A stretch of 64,000 bases of DNA from an uncultured Eubacteriales bacterium (GCA_964388455.1 CAYMAN010000010.1:1459-65458), one strand, 5' to 3'; shown: positions 43,441 through 52,396, numbered from the stretch's first letter. The notes: generated by a model from the letters alone, not told the origin. Made by a program: numbers and translations.

Positions 43441-45221
43441 GAGCGTTCCTTTCCATCTGTGTGCTCGACGAGAAGCAGTGCGAGTGAGTCGAAGGTTCCC
43501 TCGGCGATCTCGCTCGCCGAGCCGGCCGTGATCCGTTCGTCCGCGTAGCCGAGCCGTTCGCACACCGTAACGCGGAACTGCCCGCGCGCGGCGAGTGCGC
43601 ATGCGAGCGTCTGCGGGCTCGCGGCGCGGTCGGCGAGCAGGAGCGTGCGCTCGTTGAGCTCGCACGTTGCCAGTGCTGCTTCCGGGTCACGGCCATGAGC
43701 GCTCGCCAGCGCAATCCCGTCCCAGCTTGCGCCGAGACGCGCCATCGCGAGCTGCGCCGAGGAGATGCCGGGCACGACCGCAAGTTCGACGTCGGGGAGT
43801 TCTCGGCGGATCGAGGCAAGTACGCCGAAGAAGCCGGGGTCGCCGCTGGCGAGCACCACGGTGCGCAAGCCCTCGTCAAGAGCGGCGCCTACCTGAGCCA
43901 GAGCCGCGGCCACGTCGCCGCCGATCGGGATCCGGCGTGCCGTCGCGGGGGCGAACGCGTCGAGGAGCCGGGTGCCACCGGCGATCGCTTCGGCACGCCG
44001 GATCTCGCGCCACGAAGCCGGAAGCAGCAGCTCCTCGGCGCCTGGGCCCACGCCGACGACGGCAAGCCGGCCGTCGGTCGGTGTGCTCGTGCGCGCGGTC
44101 GCGCACGCTGGCGCACTTTCGCTTGCGCCCAAGAGCTCACGTTCGTAGCCGATGAGGACGACCTCGACGGGGATCCCGGCGCGCTGGGTGGCACGATGCG
44201 CGGCGCGGCGCGCCACCGCACCCCACACGTGCTCGAGCCCGACGGCGGCCAGAGGCTCGATCGCGGCCTGCACCGTCGGCAGCTCAAGCAGCCGAGACAC
44301 CAGCGGCCCTGACGCGCCGTCGGCCGCCGCCAGTGCAGCGACCGTTTCGAGCCGCGCGTCCCCCGCGCGGCTGTGGGTGTCGAAGATTCCCGCCGCGACC
44401 TTCACGAGCTTGCCCACGTGGCCCACCAGAACAACGCTTTCGACGCCGGTATGCCCGCAGTAGTCCAGCAGCTCGCCCACGAAGTTCGAACACTGCACGA
44501 CAGCGTCAGCCGGTGCCTGAAGTTCCTCGACCGCGAACTCCTCGCCCAGCCCTCCGGGTGTGAGCCACACCGTCTCATGGCCGGCGGCGCGCACGACGTC
44601 GACCTGCGGGAGAAGCGAGCGCATCCAGGCCTCGGAGGACTTGGGCTCCACGCGGCCTGACGTGCCGATCACCGACAGCCCGCCCTCGATGCCGAGACGC
44701 GGGTTGAACGTCTTCTCGGCGAGTTCGCGGCCGCCGGGAATCGCGACGGTCACGAGCGCGCCCGTGTCCGCGCCGAGCACCTCGGCGATCGCGGCGGCGA
44801 TCATCGCGCGCGGCACCGGGTTGATGGCCGGCTCGCCGACGGCCAGCTGCAGCCCCTCGCGCGTCAGCGTCCCCACGCCCTCTCCTGCGCGGAAGCGCAC
44901 GCCGTCGTCGCCACGCTCGACCGTGACCTCGATGCGCGAACCGTTCGTGACATCCGGATCATCGCCGGCGTCCTTGATCACGACCGCGCGAGCTACCCCC
45001 TCGCCGAGAAGCTCGGTCGAGGCGACCGGCACCGTGACTCGGGCGCCATCGGGCAGCCCGATCGAGACCTCAGCCGCGTTCGCGCCCGCGAGCATGAGCG
45101 CGGCGGCCTTAGCGGCTGCCGCCGCGCAGGTGCCCGTTGTCAGCCCGGAGCGCAGCGTGGCAGCGGCATCGGAGCCGGCGCCTGCGGCGGGTGGTGCGAT
45201 TCTGTCGGCGGCTCGCGTCAC
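43437..45221 (-). CDS. Fusion of cobalt-precorrin-5B C1-methyltransferase (CbiD) with cobalt-precorrin-7 C5-methyltransferase (CbiE)
   Basis: N-terminus LRSGLTTGTCAAAAAKAA...DAGDDPDVT...GGLSVIGTSG is CbiD-like. The C-terminal ~210 aa, LAVVGVGPG...VVLASGDPGFFG...VPGISS, are CbiE-like. GTG start with a GTGA overlap. Confidence 0.8.
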   Translation of the reverse strand: MTRAADRIAPPAAGAGSDAAATLRSGLTTGTCAAAAAKAAALMLAGANAAEVSIGLPDGARVTVPVASTELLGEGVARAVVIKDAGDDPDVTNGSRIEVTVERGDDGVRFRAGEGVGTLTREGLQLAVGEPAINPVPRAMIAAAIAEVLGADTGALVTVAIPGGRELAEKTFNPRLGIEGGLSVIGTSGRVEPKSSEAWMRSLLPQVDVVRAAGHETVWLTPGGLGEEFAVEELQAPADAVVQCSNFVGELLDYCGHTGVESVVLVGHVGKLVKVAAGIFDTHSRAGDARLETVAALAAADGASGPLVSRLLELPTVQAAIEPLAAVGLEHVWGAVARRAAHRATQRAGIPVEVVLIGYERELLGASESAPACATARTSTPTDGRLAVVGVGPGAEELLLPASWREIRRAEAIAGGTRLLDAFAPATARRIPIGGDVAAALAQVGAALDEGLRTVVLASGDPGFFGVLASIRRELPDVELAVVPGISSAQLAMARLGASWDGIALASAHGRDPEAALATCELNERTLLLADRAASPQTLACALAARGQFRVTVCERLGYADERITAGSASEIAEGTFDSLALLLVEHTDGKERS

Positions 45222-46222
45222 GCGCGCGAGTCCTTCTCGGCAAGTCTGAGCAGGGCATTTACTGCAGCTGCAGCGAGCGGCGAGCCGCCTCGCGAGCCGC
45301 GAACGGTGACGTAGGCAAGCCCGCTCTCCTCGAGCGCGGCTTTGGACTCGGCGGCGTCGACGAAGCCGACAGGGATGCCGATCACGAGGGAGGGCCGTGC
45401 CACGCCCTCATCGGCAAGCGCGATGATCTCGCGAAGGGCGGACGGCGCATTGCCGACGGCCACGATCGCACCGTCGACCTCGCGAGCCAAACGCCGCATC
45501 GCGGTCGCGGCACGCGTGCGACCAGATGCCGCTGCCTCCGCGGCGATTGCAGGGTCATCGATGAGGCAGCGAGTCGAGCTGCCAAGCGCGCCAAGTCGCG
45601 CGGCATCCACGCCGGCCTCGACCATGCGCACGTCGGTGATGATCCGCGCGCCGCGTCGCAGCGCTTCGACGCCGGCCTCGACGCCGCCCGCCGAGAACGC
45701 TACCGCATCGCCCAACGACAGGTCGCCGCTCGCGTGCACGAGCCGCCTAACAACCACAGCCTCGCCGGCGTCATCCGCTTCGTGCAAAGTCGCCGAGATT
45801 ATCGCCATGCTCTCGGCCTCGATCTGCGCCGGGCCACGCTCGCCCCATACCGCCTCGCCGCCTCGGCCGAGCCTGTCGAGCAGAATCTCGATGAGGCGGG
45901 GATCGGGGCCGATGGGTGCCCGGGTTTCGACGATCAGCTCCGGATATGGGCTGGCTGCTTCAGCGACCTTCTCGGGGATATCGTGCTTGATGTGATTGCC
46001 GATGAAGAGGAAGCACGGCAGCACGGTCACCTCGGTAGCGCCTGCCGCAACGGCCTTCTCGAATGCCTCGGGCAGCGATGGGCCGGCGAGTTCCATGAAC
46101 GCCGGCACGACGAATCGGCCCGGCAGTCGCGGCTGCAGCATCTCGACGATACGTAGGAACTGCTGCGTGGCCTCAGGCGAGCGGCTCCCGTGTCCAAGAA
46201 CGATGACGGCACGATGGGTCAT
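45218..46222 (-). CDS. Fusion of small CbiX-type sirohydrochlorin cobaltochelatase with cobalt-precorrin-8 methylmutase CbiC
   Basis: N-terminus AVIVLGHGSRSPEA...VLPCFLFIGNHIKHDIP is CbiX(S)-like. C-terminus IEAESMAII...VVRRLVHASGD...AVGNAPSAL...GIPVGFV...GGSPLAAA is CbiC-like. ATGA overlap with the cbiA stop. Confidence 0.75.
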   Translation of the reverse strand: MTHRAVIVLGHGSRSPEATQQFLRIVEMLQPRLPGRFVVPAFMELAGPSLPEAFEKAVAAGATEVTVLPCFLFIGNHIKHDIPEKVAEAASPYPELIVETRAPIGPDPRLIEILLDRLGRGGEAVWGERGPAQIEAESMAIISATLHEADDAGEAVVVRRLVHASGDLSLGDAVAFSAGGVEAGVEALRRGARIITDVRMVEAGVDAARLGALGSSTRCLIDDPAIAAEAAASGRTRAATAMRRLAREVDGAIVAVGNAPSALREIIALADEGVARPSLVIGIPVGFVDAAESKAALEESGLAYVTVRGSRGGSPLAAAAVNALLRLAEKDSRA

Positions 46223-47622
46223 GCGATTCTCCCGGATTCGAGTGTGGTGGTCTGCGTGATGCGTTCCGCGGTGTGCTCGCGACAAGCGCGAACGAACGAC
46301 GCGGCAGCCTCAGGACAGCCCGCGAAGTTCAGGTGTAGATACGACGCGACGACGTTCCCGGTCGCAAAGCCGCTGGCCTGCCCGCCGGCAAGCCAGGCCG
46401 GCGTCTCGCCCGCGATGGGATCACACGTCGAATAGTGGAACTCGTGACCGCGCACGATCGACCCCGCCTCGCCGAGAACCCCGCCGTGCGCCAGCGTCGC
46501 CTCGACGTAGCCGACACGCTGCAACCGGGGCAGCATGCGCGCGCGTCCGGGCAACACCCCGGCCATCGCCGACTCGCGCCCATCCGCATCTGCGATCGAT
46601 TCGAGCAGGTAGAGCATGCCGCCACACTCGGCGAAGACCGGGACGCCGGCCTCGCAAGCGGCGGCGACGGAGTCGCGCATCAGGTTGTTGTCGGCGAGCT
46701 GCTGGGCAAATAGCTCGGGATAGCCGCCGGGTAGGTAGATGCCGTCGGTGTCGGGCGGAAGCACTGCGTCGGCAAGCGGGCTGAACTCCACGAGCTCGGC
46801 GCCCAGCTCACGCAGCGCCTGCGGGTTGTCGGCGTAGGTGAAGCCGAACGCGTCGTCGCGGGCGATCGCGATTCTCGGCGACGGCCCTGCCTCGCGCAGA
46901 CGCGACCATGTGGGCTGCGCGGCAGGCAGCGGCTCGGCCGTGCGCGCCAGCGCCAGCAGCGCGTCCACGTCGCAATGCTCCTCCACCAGCTCGCCGAGAC
47001 GTGCGATTGCGGCGAGCGCGGCCGAGCGGTACTCGGTGGCCTGTACCAACCCGAGATGGCGCGACGGGAGCGCGGCCTCCTCGGCGGGCGGGACCCATCC
47101 CAGCACGGGCAGACCGGCGCGCTCGAACGCTGCCGAGACGGCCGAGCGTTCGCGATGCCCGGCGAAGCGGTTGAGGATGACACCGCCGAGGCGGACACTC
47201 GGGTCAAACGTCGCGAAGCCGTGTGCGAGCGCGGCGAGGCTGGCCGCAGCTCGCGACGCGTCGATCACCAGCACGACGGGGGTGGCGAGCAACCGCGCGA
47301 CATCGGCGGTGCTGCATGCGGCAGCGTCGGTACGGTGACCGTCGAACAGACCCATTACGCCTTCGACAACGACCACGTCGGCCTTTTCGGCGGCGGCCGC
47401 GAATCCGGCACGCACGCCCGCCTCGCCCATCGTCCACACGTCGAGGTTACGTGCTTCTCGGCCGCTCGCGTGCGCATGCCAGCCCGTGTCGAGATAGTCG
47501 GGGCCGACCTTTGCCGAGGAGACCTGCACGCCCCGCTTCGCGAGCGCGGCGATCAGGCCGAGTGTCATCGACGTCTTACCTTCGCCGCTCCGAGGTGCGG
47601 CGATGATGAGGCGGGCGCTCAC
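46219..47622 (-). CDS. cbiA: Cobyrinate a,c-diamide synthase CbiA
   Basis: LIIAAPRSGEGKTSMTLGL...KVGPDYLD...GVMGLFDG and a C-terminal GATase domain (ECGGMLYL). GTG start at 47622 with an AGGAG SD. Confidence 0.9.
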   Translation of the reverse strand: MSARLIIAAPRSGEGKTSMTLGLIAALAKRGVQVSSAKVGPDYLDTGWHAHASGREARNLDVWTMGEAGVRAGFAAAAEKADVVVVEGVMGLFDGHRTDAAACSTADVARLLATPVVLVIDASRAAASLAALAHGFATFDPSVRLGGVILNRFAGHRERSAVSAAFERAGLPVLGWVPPAEEAALPSRHLGLVQATEYRSAALAAIARLGELVEEHCDVDALLALARTAEPLPAAQPTWSRLREAGPSPRIAIARDDAFGFTYADNPQALRELGAELVEFSPLADAVLPPDTDGIYLPGGYPELFAQQLADNNLMRDSVAAACEAGVPVFAECGGMLYLLESIADADGRESAMAGVLPGRARMLPRLQRVGYVEATLAHGGVLGEAGSIVRGHEFHYSTCDPIAGETPAWLAGGQASGFATGNVVASYLHLNFAGCPEAAASFVRACREHTAERITQTTTLESGRIA

Positions 47623-47695
47623 GCGCTCCTGTCTGGTAACTGCCTTGTGTTCACGTCGTGCACGGTGTCGCGCGCCTCCGGTCGTGAAATCCCCC

Positions 47696-47725
47696 AGAGA
47701 AACGCGAAAACCCGGCTCACCGGGT
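47696..47725 (-). terminator. Candidate riboswitch attenuator hairpin (ACCCGG-TGAG-CCGGGT followed by TTTCGCGTTTCTCT)
   Basis: Seen on the minus strand between the B12 aptamer and the cbiA start. Short 6-bp GC stem plus an interrupted U-run. Confidence 0.4.
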
Positions 47726-47799
47726 CCTCAAGGAACCGACGAACCGGGCCAAGAAACTCAAGCCAGCGCGGACGGTCCCTGTTTCGAGGGATGGTTTTC

Positions 47800-47935
47800 C
47801 GCGTCACACCTGGCAGGTCTCCCGGCTCATCCGCCTCACACTCGAAGGCGGCATCACGGTGGCGAACCCGCGCCGGAATCTCACCGGCTTCCCTATTCTC
47901 TCGACCACATCTGTGGTGCGAGCACCAGGGCAACG
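47800..47935 (-). promoter_or_regulatory. Cobalamin (B12) riboswitch aptamer controlling the cbi/cob operon
   Basis: The minus strand reads ..CCTGGTGCTCGCACC...AATAGGGAAGCCGGTGAGATTCCGGCGCGGGTTCGCCACCGTGA...GAGCCGGGAGACCTGCCAGG. This gives the conserved GGGAA/GGTGA.ATTCC/CGCCAC core and a B12 box AGCCGGGAGACCTGCC. P1 closes with CCTGG/CCAGG. Confidence 0.85.
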
Positions 47936-48009
47936 ACACGTATGCTATTGTCCCGAGCATTCTACACACACGTCCCCCTCTCGGAAAGCCGCCGATCACA
48001 GGAGCTCCC

Positions 48010-49476
48010 GTGACTTCCGCACTCCACTCCCCCGTCGACGATCCCCGGCGGCGCTCGCTCGCACCGCTCCTCGTCGACCTCACCAATCGACTTGTCGTGG
48101 TCGTCGGCGGCGGCCCGGTCGCCGAGCGGCGCGTGCGCACAATGCTAAGTGGCGGCGCAACCGTTCGCGTGATCGCCCGCCACGCATGCTCGGGCATCGT
48201 CGACCTCGCCGAGGCGGGTCGCGTCGAGCTCCACGAGCGCAACTTCTCGTCTTCCGACGCCGACGGCGCGTTCATGCTGATAGCCGCGACCGACGACGAG
48301 CGCGCGAACCAGACCGTGCGCGAGGCCGCGAGCGCACGCAACTGCCTGCTCAACGACGCCGCCGAGCCCGACAGCGGCGACGTCGTCGTCCCCGCCGAGC
48401 TGCGCCAGGGCCGCCTGCGCGTGACCGTGAGCACGTCGGGCGCTTCCCCATCGGTGGCCCGCCGCATTCGCGACCGCATTGCCGCCGAGTTCGGCCCGCG
48501 CTGGCAGCGCTACCTTGATGCCCTCGCCGATGCCCGTGTGATCGCCCGCGCCCGTGCGAGCGACCCCTCCGCGCGACAAGCCCTGCTCGAAGCGCTCGGC
48601 TCTCAGGAGGTCGAGACGCGCTTCTTCGCCGAGAACCTCACAGCCGAGCATCTCGTCTCGGCAGCCGAGGCGATTGCCGCGCAATGCGCTGGAGCCGCAG
48701 ATGCCCAGAACTCCCGGGCATCATCCACGGCGCTGGTGAGCCTCGTCGGCGCAGGTCCCGGCGACCCCGGACTCATCACGACCCGCGGCCTTGAGCGGCT
48801 CCGCGCGGCCGACGTCGTCATATACGACCACCTTGTCGACGAGCGTCTGATCGCGGAAGCGAGACCCGATGCCGAGCTGGTCTACGTCGGCAAGCGCGGT
48901 GGGCATCACCACCGGACTCAGGCTCAGATCAACGAGCGGCTCGTCGAGCGTGCGCGGGAAACCGGCGTTCGGCTCGTCGTGCGGCTCAAGGGCGGCGACC
49001 CGTTCATATTCGGGCGCGGCGGCGAAGAGGCGCTCGTGCTCGTCGAGGCCGGCATTCCGTTTGAGGTCGTGCCGGGCGTGACCGCGGGCGCCGCAGCTCC
49101 CGCAGCTGCCGGGATACCCGTGACGCATCGCGGCGTGGCCTCATCAGTCACCTTCGTCACGGGCCACGAGGATCCGACCAAAGGGTGTTCAGACGTCTCG
49201 TGGGCGAATCTGTCCAGAGGCGCCGACACCCTGTGCGTCTACATGGGGGTCAAGAACCTCGACCGGATCACCCGGGAAGTGATGGCGGCCGGGCGCCCAG
49301 CCGACCATCCCGCCGCCCTCATTCGCTGGGGCACCACCGAGCGGCAGGAGGTCCTTCTCGGCACGCTCGCCACCCTTGCGGATAAGGCCCTGGCGGCAGG
49401 ATTCGAGGCCCCGGCGATGCTGGTCATCGGTGACGTGGTTGCGCTCAGCGAAAAGCTGGGCAACCGCCGCGGATAG
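48010..49476 (+). CDS. cysG: Bifunctional siroheme-synthase-like protein (precorrin-2 dehydrogenase/ferrochelatase domain plus uroporphyrinogen-III C-methyltransferase)
   Basis: Track ORF 46975..49476 trimmed to the GTG at 48010 (AGGAG SD); the upstream part is antisense to cbiA and the riboswitch. N-terminus VVVVGGGPVAERRVRTML is Met8/SirC-like. C-terminus [15 protein letters not shown]...VVIYDHLV...RLKGGDPFIFGRGGEE is CobA-like. Confidence 0.85.
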   Translation: MTSALHSPVDDPRRRSLAPLLVDLTNRLVVVVGGGPVAERRVRTMLSGGATVRVIARHACSGIVDLAEAGRVELHERNFSSSDADGAFMLIAATDDERANQTVREAASARNCLLNDAAEPDSGDVVVPAELRQGRLRVTVSTSGASPSVARRIRDRIAAEFGPRWQRYLDALADARVIARARASDPSARQALLEALGSQEVETRFFAENLTAEHLVSAAEAIAAQCAGAADAQNSRASSTALVSLVGAGPGDPGLITTRGLERLRAADVVIYDHLVDERLIAEARPDAELVYVGKRGGHHHRTQAQINERLVERARETGVRLVVRLKGGDPFIFGRGGEEALVLVEAGIPFEVVPGVTAGAAAPAAAGIPVTHRGVASSVTFVTGHEDPTKGCSDVSWANLSRGADTLCVYMGVKNLDRITREVMAAGRPADHPAALIRWGTTERQEVLLGTLATLADKALAAGFEAPAMLVIGDVVALSEKLGNRRG

Positions 49477-49590
49477 CACGCCGGAGTACTGTCTGGCTAT
49501 TTCGAAGCCTGTCAACCGTCCGAGGATATGAGTCGCTGGAGTTATTAAGGCTGGTGAGCCCCCTGTTTACGCAGGAGGACTCACATAGAT

Positions 49591-49738
49591 TCTGATGCCC
49601 CCAAGGGAATTCGAATCCTGATTGTGCTTGTGACTATTGGTGACTATTGGGACTCGTTGGTGCAGCGGAACTGCGGCGAGTCCAATAGTCACCAACGAGT
49701 ACCAACAGTCACCATGTATTTGGGCACCAAATCCGGGC
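49591..49738 (-). repeat. Copy A of a three-member repeat family that starts (minus-strand 3-prime end) with a tRNA-Glu-like T-arm/acceptor/CCA remnant
   Basis: Aligns base-for-base with 56138-56286, with a handful of substitutions and one 1-nt deletion. Here the CCA end is mutated (CATCA). Confidence 0.85.
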
Positions 49739-49959
49739 GCTCTTATGCACATTACGCAGGCGGCTTGGGCACTGTTGCGGGCGACCGCTGGGCGGACCCT
49801 GTCGTGGTCTCCGGAACAGGAGCCCGTCAATGCCCTAGAGGGCGCCTCTATCAGCACGCGGATGAGTTGTCCGCGAAGCTCGCTCACTCGATCCACCTGC
49901 CGGGTCAGCCCCCGATTGGTGCGACACTCCTAACTCGCCCAAGAGCGGCGACTCTGGTG

Positions 49960-49991
49960 TTGACATTGAACCTGGTTGAAGGTGCTAGCAT
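49960..49991 (+). promoter_or_regulatory. Candidate MerR-type promoter (TTGACA, 19-20 nt spacer containing the dyad GAACC-T-GGTTGAA, TAGCAT)
   Basis: -35 at 49960-49965 and -10 at 49986-49991. An over-long spacer with an imperfect dyad is the hallmark of MerR-regulated promoters. Lies directly upstream of the MerR-family gene. Confidence 0.4.
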
Positions 49992-50025
49992 GGCCGCGAC
50001 CGCCGACAGAGGGAGTCGCAAGCGC

Positions 50026-50472
50026 ATGAGAATCGGTGAGATAGCAGGCGTCGCGGGCTTGAGCACGTCGGCGATTCGCTACTACGAGAAGGTCGGGCTG
50101 CTCGCCGCTCCAGCGAGGAGCAGGTCCGGCTACCGCGAGTACTCCGACGAGGACGTACGAAGGGTCCGGCTGATCGCACAGGCGAGAATGCTGTCTCTGC
50201 CACTGGACGAGATTCGAGAACTCATCGCATTCGCGATGGACGGCAAATGCGGACCCCTTCGAAGTGAGCTGCGCGCCGCACTCGAGAATAGGGCGGCGGA
50301 CACGCGCCGACAGATCCGCGAGCTGAAGTTGCTGCAGCGCGAGCTCGATCGCGTCTGCATGGAACTCGCAGACACCTCATGCCCATCGCAAGCACTTGCC
50401 CCGTCCAGCTCGGGCGCCTGCGCCTGTCTGGACGACCTGGCGTCTTCCGGATCCGGCCGGTCCGAGGACTAG
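50026..50472 (+). CDS. MerR-family transcriptional regulator with Cys-containing C-terminus
   Basis: MRIGEIAGVAGLSTSAIRYYEKVGLL...SGYREY is the canonical MerR HTH. Coiled-coil dimerisation helix. C-terminal CPSQ...GACACLDD. An alternative start is the ATG at 49990. Confidence 0.8.
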   Translation: MRIGEIAGVAGLSTSAIRYYEKVGLLAAPARSRSGYREYSDEDVRRVRLIAQARMLSLPLDEIRELIAFAMDGKCGPLRSELRAALENRAADTRRQIRELKLLQRELDRVCMELADTSCPSQALAPSSSGACACLDDLASSGSGRSED

Positions 50473-50502
50473 ACAAACAAGCAACCGGGAGGAGGAGAGC
50501 AA

Positions 50503-50625
50503 ATGTCAGACAACGCGAAGAAGGCAAAGAAGCCGACGACGTCAGATCAGCCGCAGGCACAAGGATGCGGATGTGGATGCCTCACCAAGAACGCACGCGG
50601 CGAGGGGCCGGCGGCAAGGAAGTAG
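50503..50625 (+). CDS. Small Lys-rich peptide with a GCGCGC motif (40 aa): MSDNAKKAKKPTTSDQPQAQGCGCGCLTKNARGEGPAARK
   Basis: Not in the ORF track because it is under 60 aa. Strong SD GGGAGGAGGAG lies 6-7 nt upstream of the ATG at 50503. It is 30 nt downstream of the MerR stop and is followed by a perfect hairpin. Confidence 0.45.
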   Translation: MSDNAKKAKKPTTSDQPQAQGCGCGCLTKNARGEGPAARK

Positions 50626-50640
50626 TCGGATAGGCAACGT

Positions 50641-50672
50641 GAAGGAGCGCTCACTCGAGGGAGCGCTCCTTT
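50641..50672 (+). terminator. Perfect 11-bp stem hairpin (AAGGAGCGCTC-loop-GAGCGCTCCTT), then TTCGTC
   Basis: Stem arms at 50642-50652 and 50661-50671. Lies 16 nt after the small-peptide stop. Confidence 0.6.
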
Positions 50673-50781
50673 CGTCACTTCCGGCATACACCCGGGGGCT
50701 ACGAACGTCCATCACCGGCATCGGCGAGACGCCCTGAGTGCTGATACGCGCTCATGTCCGAGCGTCATTTCGCAGCACCGA

Positions 50782-51132
50782 CTACCCGCCGAGAGTGCGC
50801 ATGATCTCGTCGAACTGCTCCCTGGTGATCTCGCCGCCAGCGAAGCGCCTCTTGGCGATAGCGACCGCTTCATCATGACCGGCCGCGCCCGGAGCCCATC
50901 ATTGTCCGTCCAGCTCCATCATGCAGCCGATTACTGCGCCGAGTTGTGCGTCCGTCATGCCCCAGCGAGGCATCGGGGCTTTGAGCTGTTGCCCATTCGG
51001 TTCGACGCCGTCTCGAATGGCACGTGCGATGTCGCTCTCAGACCAAGCAGGCACGGCTGTTCCGGCCTTCGAGCGCGGGGACGTGAGCGACGAATATCTG
51101 ATGTCGGGAATCTCAACCGTCCCGGACATCAT
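50782..51132 (-). pseudogene. Chimeric remnant: C-terminal piece of a class I cytochrome c-like domain (no CXXCH), in-frame TGA, then a SHOCT-domain tail
   Basis: ..WSESDIARAIRDGVEPNGQQLKAPMPRWGMTDAQLGAVIGCMMELDGQ* continues in the same frame as WAPGAAGHDEAVAIAKRRFAGGEITREQFDEIMRTLGG*. Confidence 0.4.
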
Positions 51133-51225
51133 GCCGCCGTGCTTGAGTCGTCTGCCGCTCCAGTGGAACCCGAGATTCTACCGAGCCGAACGCGTCCATC
51201 TGTCCCAGTGGTCTAACGTCTGCGA

Positions 51226-51453
51226 CTAGCTGATCGCACGACGAATCTCCTCGAACTGGGCCGTGGTGATCTCGCCAGAGGCTAGCCTCTTGCGGGCGAT
51301 GTCCATCGGGTCGGAACCGCCAACAGGCGGTGGCTGCATGTTTCCGGAGTGGTCCATACCGCAGCAGCCCATGCCACCGCCGCTACCGGAACGCATCATC
51401 CACATCATCGCGAACGGGATCAGGAGCAGGAACGGAAAGAAGAGAAACATCAT
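51226..51453 (-). CDS. SHOCT-domain small membrane protein
   Basis: N-terminal TM helix (MMFLFFPFLLLIPFAMMWMM), a Gly/Cys/Met-rich middle, and a C-terminal ARKRLASGEITTAQFEEIRRAI SHOCT motif. Confidence 0.6.
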   Translation of the reverse strand: MMFLFFPFLLLIPFAMMWMMRSGSGGGMGCCGMDHSGNMQPPPVGGSDPMDIARKRLASGEITTAQFEEIRRAIS

Positions 51454-51678
51454 CGGAGCTCACTCCCTAGATTCTTTCGGGGACACCTGTTGGGGGTCGA
51501 GCGGCACACGCCGCTCTGCTTCTAGGAGTTGTAGCGCAATGCTCGTGCCACAAACCCTGACTTCACAGCCTATTCACGACTAAGGCACTTAGGTTTCATT
51601 CCACCGCTTCTCAACGGCCCAATCTGCCGCCGATGGTGACCTCATCTCAGCTCTAGACTAAACTCTCGTCGTATGGTA

Positions 51679-51696
51679 TTCAAGTACTTGCTTGAA
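51679..51696 (+). promoter_or_regulatory. Candidate ArsR operator: TTCAAG-TACTTG-CTTGAA, containing the perfect 10-bp palindrome CAAGTACTTG
   Basis: Lies in an unusually AT-rich stretch about 30 nt upstream of the ArsR-family start. A TATATT -10-like hexamer follows at about 51700. Confidence 0.45.
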
Positions 51697-51721
51697 CACT
51701 ATATTCCCTGAGGAGCGCAAC

Positions 51722-52396
51722 GTGCCCCAATACGACCGATACAAGACAGCTCTCTACGAGCAGTTCGCCCGCGTCGGAAAGGCTCTTTGCAGCGCGAAGC
51801 GGCTGGAGCTCATCGACCTCCTGCTGCAGGTGGAGCGCTCAGTCGAGGAGCTGGCGAAGGCGACCTCGATGTCAGTGGCCAACACCTCGCAGCACCTCCA
51901 GATCCTCAAGCAGGCCCGGATCGTGGAATCCACGAGGCACGGCAACCACGTCGTGTACCGGGTGTCCAGCGAGCAGGCAGGTGCTCTGCTGACGAGCATC
52001 CAGCAGTTCGCCGAACAGGGGCTCGCAGAGGTCGAGGCGATTACGCGCCGCTTCCATGATGGCTGCGAGGAGATGGAGCCCGTCGACCGAGCCGGCCTCA
52101 TGGCGCGTGCAGGCACCGGCGACGTAATCGTCCTCGATGTCCGGCCCAGGGCCGAGTACGAGGCGGGCCATCTCCCCTTCGCGGAGTCACTCCCGCTCGA
52201 GGATCTCGAGCAACGCCTCGCGTCGCTGCCGAAGGACAAGCAGATCGTCGCGTACTGCCGTGGACCGTACTGTGTCCTCGCGGTCGAGGCGGTCGACCGA
52301 CTGCGCCAGCAGGGCTTCAACGCCATCCGGCTCGAGGACGGTGTTCGGGAGTGGCAGGAGCAAGGACTGCCTGTCGAGTACGAGGAGTCAGCGTAA
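51722..52396 (+). CDS. ArsR/SmtB-family HTH regulator fused to a rhodanese domain
   Basis: GAGGAG SD before the GTG at 51722. LCSAKRLELIDLLLQ.ERSVEELA....MSVANTSQHLQILKQARIV is the ArsR HTH. C-terminus VLDVRPRAEYEAGHLP.A...P...L......KQIVAYCRGPYC is a rhodanese with an active-site Cys loop. Confidence 0.8.
   Translation: MPQYDRYKTALYEQFARVGKALCSAKRLELIDLLLQVERSVEELAKATSMSVANTSQHLQILKQARIVESTRHGNHVVYRVSSEQAGALLTSIQQFAEQGLAEVEAITRRFHDGCEEMEPVDRAGLMARAGTGDVIVLDVRPRAEYEAGHLPFAESLPLEDLEQRLASLPKDKQIVAYCRGPYCVLAVEAVDRLRQQGFNAIRLEDGVREWQEQGLPVEYEESA

Noticed and set aside
46975-48009. The N-terminal 345 codons of track ORF 46975..49476.
   Set aside because: This part is antisense to cbiA and to the cobalamin riboswitch and has a low-complexity composition. 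The recognisable SirC/CobA protein starts at the GTG at 48010 with an AGGAG SD.
49591-49738. The tRNA-like repeat copies (also 56138-56286 and 57978-58140) as functional tRNA or tmRNA genes.
   Set aside because: Only the T-arm, the 3-prime acceptor strand and CCA are recognisable. No complementary GCCCCCA 5-prime strand, D arm or anticodon arm can be found within 100 nt. The T stem has one or two mismatches, and there are three copies with a mutated CCA in one.
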